DNA of 64,000 nucleotides from an uncultured Planctomycetota bacterium (lineage in GTDB: Bacteria > Planctomycetota > Planctomycetia > Isosphaerales > Isosphaeraceae), in the NCBI GenBank assembly GCA_963823665.1, contig CAWGMQ010000008.1:480001-544000 (forward strand), written 5' to 3'. A model generated the notes under the pieces. It made no database searches. It was not told the DNA's origin and worked only from the letters and a program-made list of their open reading frames with translations. Positions 55,501-64,000 of the stretch are shown one piece after another; positions within the stretch are counted from its first letter, which is position 1; each line of letters begins with the position of its first letter. Made by a program: the position numbers and the translations under genes.

Positions 55501-58500
55501 CGGCGACGTCGAACTGCCGGCCCTGACGCAAGTCAGCGGCGGGCCGGTCCTGCTCGAGGCCGACGGGTCAGGCACCACGCTCAACCTGTCGGCACTGACC
55601 GCCTTCACCGGCGATGGGGACGCCAATCACCTGTCCATCCTCCAGGACAGCAACGGCGCCAAGGTGCTTGATGCGAGCCTCGCGTCGATCAGCGGCGTGC
55701 AGATCCCGGTAACAAGTGGTGCGCTGAGTTTCCCGGCGCTGACTAGCGTCGTCAGCTCCGACCTGCTAGTCAGCGACGGGGCCTCGCTCACTTTGCCCGT
55801 CCTGACCGGCTACGCGGGCTCCGCCTACACCACGACTCTTCAGGCCACGGGTTCCGGCAGCGAGCTGTCCTTGCCCGAGCTGGCCTCGATCACCGAGTCG
55901 AACTCTTGCTGCTCATACACCGTCGTCCAGGCGCTGGCCGGGGGCGATGTCGAGCTTCCGGTCCTGACGCAGGTCGGTGGTGGGCCCGTGCAACTGGAGG
56001 GCGACGGGTCCGGCAGCAAGCTCGACGTGCCGGCGCTCGTGAGTCTCACAGGCGACGGGGACGTCAATCACCTGTCCATTCTCCAGGCCACCAACACCGG
56101 CATGGTGATCGATCCCGACCTGACGACGCTCAATACGGTCAAGCTCATCGCGGACTCGACCGGCACGCTCAGCTTGCCGGCTAACCAGACGTTTTCCTTC
56201 ACCGGCGGCACGAACATCGTTCAGGCTGGCACATTCCTCGTGCAAGGCGCGCTCAATGTTCAGAACAGTGCGACACTCGAGGTGGAGGGCGGGCTGACGA
56301 TCAATGGCGCGGGTAGTCTCTCGACCTCCTCGAATTCGACCCTCGATGTGAGCGGCAACCTCGTGGGGAACACCACGAACGCGGCGGCTTTCAATCCGCT
56401 GGGCACCGTCATCCTGGACAGTGCTCAGGGCACGGTCAACCCGCCGCAGCTCCTCGAAGCCATGTCGCAGGACCTGGGCAACGTCTCGGCCGGGTTTAAC
56501 AGCAACTTCGCCTACAGCACGCTCGAGCTGACCGCGAATACGTACGTCGAGCTGGTGGACAACTCGGCGAACTCGCCCGGCAACGCGCCGGAGGCTGTCT
56601 ACGTCAATGACTTGATCGTCCCCGCCGGGGCGACTCTCGATCTCGATGGCCTTCAAGTCTATGCCCATACAAAACAAATCAACGGGACCATCGTGAACGG
56701 CGGGGCGGTCGTGTCCGGCGAGGTTTACGACGACGCCAACGACAACGGATCGCTCGATACCGGCGAAACCGGATTATCGGGCTGGACGGTCGATCTGACG
56801 AGTACTTCGACGAGTTTGACTTACTCGGCGACCACCAATTCGAGCGGCCTGTTCTCCTTGGTCGGCATCACCGCCGGAACCTACACACTCTCGGAGGTCG
56901 TCCAGTCCGGGTTCGTTCAAACTGCGCCCACGTCTCCGGCCACATTCACCATCACGGTCGCGTCGGGCCAGACAGTCAGCAACGAGGATTTCGGGGACTA
57001 CTTGTCGCAACAAGGCCCGATGGTCTATATGGTGACGAGCAACGCCGACTCGGGCGCCGGCTCGCTGCGCGAGGCGATTGAATCCGCCGACATGCTTGGC
57101 AGTGCCAGCACGATCGACATCGCCATCGGCACGGGCGAGCAGACGATCGATCTTCTCTCGGCCCTGCCGGCGATCACCGCTCCGGTGACCATCGACGGCA
57201 CGACGCAACCTGGATATTCCGGCAAGCCGTTGATCGAGCTTGATGGTGCCGGCGCAGGACCTGGCGCGAACGGATTGACGATCACGGGCGATGGCATCAC
57301 GGTCAAGGGCCTGATCATCAGCGAGTTCAGCGGCGACGGGATCGAGGTCACCGGCAACGACGCACTGATCCAGAGCAGCTATATCGGCACCGATTTCACC
57401 GGAAGCAAGCCGCTTGGCAATGGGGGGGCCGGCATCGCGGTCACGGGTGGCGGCACGCACAACACGATCGGCGGCACGACCGCCGGTGCGGGGAACGTGA
57501 TTGCGGGCAACGCCGGCGATGGCATCGACGACATCGACGCCAACTCGAATCTCATCGCCAGCAACTGGATCGGCACGAGCGCGGACGGTACCGTGGCGCT
57601 CGCAAACGCCGGGTCCGGCGTGGTCGTCACGATGAGCTCGTCCGTCTTGATCGGCGGAACGTCGCTCGGTGCGGGCAACCTGATCTCCGGCAACGACTCG
57701 AGCGGGGTGGAGATCAACGATTCGACGGGCACCCTCGTCCAGGGCAATCTGATCGGGCTCGATCAGACCGGAACGCGCGCCATTGGCAACACCGGGGCCG
57801 GCGTTCTGATCGACAACGGATCGATATCGAGCACCGTTGGCGGAGTGGTGGCCGGGGCGCGCAACTTCATTTCGGGGAACGCGGAAGGCGTGATGGTGAC
57901 GGGCTCGTCCACGGCAGGGACCTTGGTGGCGGGCAACCTGATCGGCACCAATATCGAAGGCACGGCCGCGGTGGGCAACCTGGCTGGCGGCATCGTCATC
58001 GCGGGGGGTTCGGGCGCCTTGATCGGTGGGGCGGCCGCTCTGGCTCGCAACGTGGTCTCCGGAAACACGGGCGACGGCGTCGACATCGGCGCCCTTGCAG
58101 TGAGCACCGTGATCCAGGGCAATTTCATCGGCACGGATCAGACGGGAATCAAGGCGATTGCGAATTCCGGATCTGGGATATCGCTCGACGCCACAGGGGT
58201 CACGATCGGCGGGACGGCGCAGGGCGCGGGCAACGTGATCTCGGGCAACGCATCGGCGGGAGTGTTGATCTCAGGAGCCACCACGACAGGCGTTGTCATC
58301 TTGGGGAACCGCATCGGCACCGACTCAGCCGGCACGGCGGCCCTGGGGAACGGGACCTTCGGCGTGCTCGTGAGCGGCGCCCCCGGGGTCACGATCGGCG
58401 GGACGGCGACCGGGGACGGGAACATCGTCTCGGCCAATCAAACGGCGGGCATTGGACTGTACGCAGACACTACCGGCGCGGTGGTGCAGGGCAACCTGAT

Positions 58501-61500
58501 CGGCACCGATACCACCGGCTCGCAGCCGCTGGGCAACGGCAGCGGCATCGTGATCGACGGCGGCTCCTCGAGTAACACCATCGGCGGCATCGCCAAGGGT
58601 GCGGGCAACACCATCGCGTTCTCCGCGAGCACCGGCGTCGACGTCGACGCGACGGCCGGTAGCGGTAATGAGATCCGACTCAACTCTATTTTTTCCAACA
58701 CCGGGTTAGGAATCGACCTGGGGGGCAACGGCGTCACCCCGAACAATTCGGCCGGGCACGTCGGGCCGAACAACTATCAGAACTTCCCGGTGATCACCGC
58801 GGTCACGAGCGCGGGTGGCGTGACGACCGTGACGGGCACGCTCAACAGCACGCCTGACACGACCTTCGCAGTCGATTTCTACACGATTTCATCGCTGAAT
58901 GCATCTGGCTACGGCGAGGGACGATACGTCCTCGGCTCGGAACCCGTCACGACGGATGGCATGGGCGCCGCCGGGTTCGTCTTCCAGTTCCCGAACCCCA
59001 ACGGGGCATCGCGATTCGTGGCGGCGACCGCCACCGACCCGGGCGGCAACACCTCGGAATTCTCCCAGGCGTTTGGTTTCGACATTCCGCCGACGGCCGT
59101 CATCGGATTCACGAGCATCACGGTCAACGTGGGGGCCGCGATTCCGTTCAGCGGCCTGCAGTCGGCCGACCCCAGCGGCCTGCCGCTGACCTACGCCTGG
59201 CAGTTCGGTGACGGCGCGACAGCGACGGGGCCGGCGCCGACGCATACTTACACGGCGCTGGGAACCGATACCTTGACGCTCACCGTCAGCGACGGCTTCG
59301 GTGGAATGAGCACGGCGACCGCCCAGGTCACGGTTGTCGACGTGGCGCCGGTGTTCACTCCAAACTCATACGCACCGCCACTCTCATTCACGACTCCTTT
59401 GCCGGGCAGCGGGTTCGGCGAGTCGGTCGCCTCGGTCGACGGCAACGTCGCGATCGGCGCCCCGCTTGCGAACGGCACGGGCGCGGTGTACTTCTTTGAC
59501 GGCATCACGCCCGCGAGCGAGTCCATTTCAACCTACAGCTACGGCGGGCTCGTCCACGTTTTCGCCGACCCGAATCCCGAAGCAGGCGATGAATTCGGCG
59601 CATCGCTGGCGGTGGTCGGCAACGAGCTGGTGGTCGGTGCGCCCGGCAGCTCGCTCTCGGGACCAGGCGACGGCGTGGTCTACGTGTTCGACGCCAATGA
59701 CGAGGGCACGACGTTTGGCGATTTGCTGGCGACCTTGACGATTCCCGATCCCGGGGCCTTGGACGAAGCACATTTCGGCGCGGCGGTCGGCGCCACCGAC
59801 ACGAATATCGTCGTCGGAGCGCCCGGCAACAACGGCGGCACGGGCGAGGCCTACGAGTTCGAGGGCGATACAACGCAGCCGAGTTTCGGCATGCTGCTGC
59901 GTAAAATGCTGAATCCAAGTTCGCAAACCGACTCTGATTTCGGTGCAGCGATCGCGGGGGACGGCAACGATGTGATCGTCGGGGCGCCGACGGTGAACCT
60001 GAGCGGCGCGGTGGGGGGCGTCTATCTGCTGGACGGCACGACCGGGGATCTGATCACGAAGATCGCCAACCCGGACGCCTCAACGACGACCGGCTTCGGC
60101 TCGGCGGTGGCGGCTGTCGGGGGAAACATCCTGATCGGGTCGCCGGACGATAACAACGGTGCGGGGGCGGCGTTCCTCTATACCCCGCCTGCAACCAGCG
60201 GGCCTGCGACGTTCCAGACGACGTTTGTTCAGCCCGACGGCGGAGGCGGAAACTTTGGTGCCTCGGTGGCCGCGACGCAGAACACGGCGCTCATCGGCGC
60301 TCCGGGGGCCAACCTGGGAACGACCGACGCCGGGGCCGAATACCTGTTCGACGCGAATCCGGCGAGCCCGACGTTCGGTCGGGCGATCGGCGCCGTGCAA
60401 GAGCCGACACCCGCTTCGGGTGATGCGCTCGGGACCGCGGTCGGGTTTGACGACGGGGCCGTGATCGCGGCTGCGGAGGGCTCCGGGGCCGCAATGCTCT
60501 ATCAGCCTACTGCCATCCTTTCGCTCTCGTCCTCGACGACCTTCGCGACAGCCCTTTACAACTCGGTCATCGTGAGCGGCACATTCGTGGATGCGAACCC
60601 GTCGGTACCTCTGCAAGCCTCGATCAACTGGGGTGACGGCTCGGCGGCAACTGTCATCGATCTCCCGGTCGGCTCCTACGCCTTTTCGGCACCTCATGAC
60701 TACACGACCAACCCGGCGTCCGGGACTTACACGATTGGCGTGACCCTGACCGACCCGTACAACGAGTCGACCTTCGCGGAGACGACCCTCGACATCAGCA
60801 GCCCGGGCTCTTACTTCGCACCGCCGGGCCTCGAGCTCTCGACTTCGAGCATCGTCGAGGGGGGCACGGTCAACCTGAGCGGAACGATCAAGACCCCCGT
60901 CGGGACCGACACCAATACGGTCACGCTCAACTGGGGCGACGGATCCGCGCCGACTTCGATCGCCCTTGCTGCGGGCCAGGACACGTTCTCGACAACCCAT
61001 GCGTACTTGAACAATCCAGCGGGGGTTGGATCCGAGGATTACACGATCGTCGGCTCGGTGACCAACGAGAATGGCCAGGTTGGCTATGCGTCGGCGAGCG
61101 TCACCGTGAGCAAAGTCGCCCCGCAGCTCGCGGCGGCCGACCTGAGCTTGTCGGAGACAACAGCCAACGAGGGAGACACGATCACGCTGGGCGGCCAGTT
61201 CACCGACCCGGACGCGCTCAGCTCGTACACGGTGACGATCGACTGGGGCGACGGCTCGACTGCGACCGAGCTGGTCGAGGTTCTTGGCCAGGTTGTCCCG
61301 TCGCCCACGCCGGGGCTCTACACCTTCTCGGCCCCGCATCAGTATCTGCACAATCCAGCCGGCGAGCTGACCGGGGGCAGCTACGACATCGACGTTTCTG
61401 TGTCGGACGGCGTGAACACGATTTCGGCCGGCACGTCGATCGTGGTGCAAAACGTGCTGCCGGCCGTACAGATCAAGAGCTCGGTGGATCCGGTCGCGGA

Positions 61501-64000
61501 GACGATCACGGTGACGGCCGACGTGACCGACCCGGACCCGCTCGCCACCGACACGGTGGCCTGGACGCTCGTCCAGAATGGAATGAATATCGGAATGGCC
61601 GCGGGCACGAGCTACACTTTCTCGATACCGAGCCCGCTCGGGCTGCTGGTCGCGACCGCGACTGCGACAAGTAGCGACGGCTCGGTGGGCAGCGAAAACG
61701 CGCAGATCGAGCTCATCGAGCAGATGAGTGCTTCGGTGGTGATCGACGCGAGCGGGACCACGGTCTCGATGGGCGGAATGCCGGTCTCGACCATCGCGCC
61801 GGCGGGGGCTGGCGAGGTGATCGCGCTCGTGACGGGCTCAGACGACTTGATCGACGCCAGTACCGACACGAACTCGGTCGAGATCGTCAGCTCGGGGTCG
61901 GACGTGACCATGAAGGGCGGCGCGGGTGATGACCTGCTGGTGGCCGGCACGGGAGCCAACAGCCTGGTCGGCGGGTCGGGCGATGACACGCTGGTCTCGA
62001 CTGGCGGCGACGACACGCTCCGGGGCGGAACGGGGGACACTTCGTTCCAGATCAACCCCGGGCCGGACCCACTCGTGATTGGTGGCAGTGGCACCAACAC
62101 GCTTGACTTCTCGACTGCCGCCCAGGCGATCACGATCAACCTGGGCCTCGAGTCAGGCCAGATGCAGCTCGTTGACTCGAGCAACGATGAGGTGACCCTC
62201 CAGGGCATATTCAACGCGTACTTCGCCTCGCACAACGGCGACAACGTCACGCTGAACGATGACGGCGACCTGGCGTACGCGACCAGCGGCAACACCACCA
62301 TCACCGCCGGATCGGGTCATGATTCCATCGTCGGCGGGTCGGGAAATGACATCATCTATGCCACCACCGGCAACACCACCATCACCGCTGGATCGGGACA
62401 CGATTCCATCGTCGGCGGGTCGGGAAATGACATCATCTATGCCACCACCGGCAACACCACCATCACCGCCGGATCGGGACACGATTCGATTGTCGGCGGG
62501 TCGGGAAATGACATCATCTATGCCACCACCGGCAACACCACCATCAGCGCTGGTTCGGGGCACGATTCCATCGTCGGTGGGTCGGGAAATGACATCATCT
62601 ATGCCACCACCGGCAACACGACGATCTCCGCCGGATCGGGGCACGATTCCATCGTCGGCGGGTCGGGAAATGACATTATCTATGCCACGACCGGCAACAC
62701 GACGATCTCCGCCGGATCGGGGCACGATTCGATTGTCGGCGGGTCCGGCAACGACATCATCTACGCCACCACCGGCAACACGACCATCACCGCTGGATCG
62801 GGGCACGATTCCATCGTCGGCGGATCTGGAAACGACATCATCTATACCACCACGGGCAACTCGACGATCACCGGTGGCTCGGGCAAGGACTCGATCACCG
62901 GCGGGTCGGGCAACGATATCATCTATTTGACCACAGGCAATGCGACCGTCACCGGCGGCTCGGGCCATGACACGATCGTCGGCGGGTCAGGCAACGACAT
63001 CATCTATACCACCACGGGCAACTCGACGATCACCGGTGGCTCGGGCAAGGACTCGGTCTTCGGCGGCTCGGGCAACGACATCATCTATTTGACGACCGGG
63101 ACCGCGACCATCGCCGCCGGGACGGGCGGCGATTCGATCTTCGGCGGATCGGGCCAAGACATCATCTACGGCAACACGGCCGCCGCATTCATCGTCGGCG
63201 GCTCGGGCAACATCTCGATCACGGGCGGATCGGGCGACGAAACGATTGTCGGCGGCTCGGGCAACGACTCGATCTCGGGCGGGTCAGGGAACGTCTCGAT
63301 CCTGGGGGGCACAGGGAATGACTGGATCGACGGCGGCACCGGCCTAGACACGATCACCGGCGGCTCGGGCGACGACACGATCACCGGCGGCGCCGGCAAC
63401 GACATCATCGTGGGCGGCTCGGGCAACGATTCGATCGTGGGCGGCAGCGGGGGCGACTTGATCCTGGGCGGCGCGGGCAACGACATCATCTACGGCGGCG
63501 TTCTGTCGAGCACGATCACCGGCGGGTTCGGCAACGACACGATCGTGGGCGGTAACGGCAACGATATCATCTACGGCGGAACCGGCAACGATTCGATCGA
63601 AGGCGGGTACGGCGCCGAGTCGATTGTTGGCGGGTCGGGCAATGATGTTTTGATCGCCGGCAACCTGTCGAGCACGATCACCGGGGGGAGCGGCAACGAT
63701 CTGATCGTGGGCAGCTACGGCAACGACAGCATTTACGGCGGCAGCGGCGACAACACGATCGCGGCCGGCACCGGGAAAGATTCGATCACGGGCGGCTCGG
63801 GCAACGACATCATCTACGGCGGCGCTGGCGACAGCATGATCGCGGCGGGGACAGGCAACGCGACGATCACCGCCGGCGGCGGCAGCGACGTTCTGACCGG
63901 CGGCGGGTTCGACTCCTGGCTGATGTTCTACGGCTCGACGAACATGACGCTCACGAACACGAGCTTCGCGACTTCGGGCGGGAGCTTGCCCAACTCGGTC
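43547..64000 (+). CDS. Giant secreted/surface repeat protein (>6800 aa, 3' truncated): beta-helix, LPxL solenoid repeats, SdrD B-like, PKD, FG-GAP and RTX-like repeats; apparent frameshifts near 45290 and 49115
   Basis: IEILEKRLL (LEPRxLL-like), VTTNDDNGTGSLRSEI, N(T)IGG...GNVISGN beta-helix, SGEVYDDANDNG...SGWTVDL (~56710), VTSNADSGAGSLREAI (~57030), WQFGDG PKD (~59200), FGxSxA...VGAP repeats (59400-60480), GGSGNDxI nonapeptides (>61900). The frame at 49121 matches spot checks through 63962 and no stop-terminated + ORF is listed there. Confidence 0.85.
50110..52090 (+). repeat. About five 420-423-bp in-frame tandem repeats (140-141 aa)
   Basis: GTxSxLSLP units at 50221, 50644, 51067, 51487, 51907. 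Confidence 0.85.
53100..56140 (+). repeat. Seven 447-bp in-frame tandem repeats (149 aa) with vicinal Cys-Cys
   Basis: TGCTGC at 53231, 53678, 54125, 54572, 55019, 55466, 55907; central copies nearly identical. Confidence 0.92.
62275..63170 (+). repeat. About eleven 81-bp in-frame repeats (27 aa, YATTGNTTITAGSGHDSIVGGSGNDII)
   Basis: GACATCATCTAT at 62348, 62429, 62510, 62591 and onward at 81-bp spacing. Confidence 0.9.

Noticed and set aside
49150..63489. Many short minus-strand ORFs, some identical
   Set aside because: Antisense shadows of the giant plus-strand repeat gene.

Overview
High-GC bacterial DNA with clear Planctomycetota (Isosphaeraceae-like) hallmarks: a DUF1549/DUF1553 + DUF1501 pair, an ECF sigma/Ser-Thr kinase pair, a giant LEPRxLL-type secreted protein and many REP-like palindromes. 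From left to right: (1) a defence island (YhcG/DUF1016 end, type III restriction Res, OLD-family ABC-ATPase/TOPRIM nuclease, VapC toxin with two antitoxin-like genes); (2) a core block (cytochrome c/DUF1553, DUF1501, CPBP protease, methyltransferase, tyrS, Gfo/Idh/MocA, lipid A acyltransferase, MBL hydrolase, pseudo-receiver, triple amidohydrolase, kinase + ECF), where many single-base frameshifts look like sequencing errors; (3) a mobile-element hotspot at 33-43 kb; (4) a >20 kb repeat-rich surface-protein gene running off the right edge. The most striking structure is a nested pair of group II introns on the minus strand. An RT/HNH-encoding intron (39605->37186) sits exactly at the domain V/VI junction of an ORF-less intron (40311->37153), and its EBS1/EBS2 are perfectly complementary to that domain V sequence, so it appears programmed to home into the catalytic core of other introns. 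Also notable: an ISAs1 element whose transposase is split at a hairpin-T5C5 transcriptional-slippage site and which inserted into a REP, and two dispersed paralogues of an uncharacterised NAxKHG protein family with REP-laden tails. All calls come from reading the sequence and translations; no searches were run.
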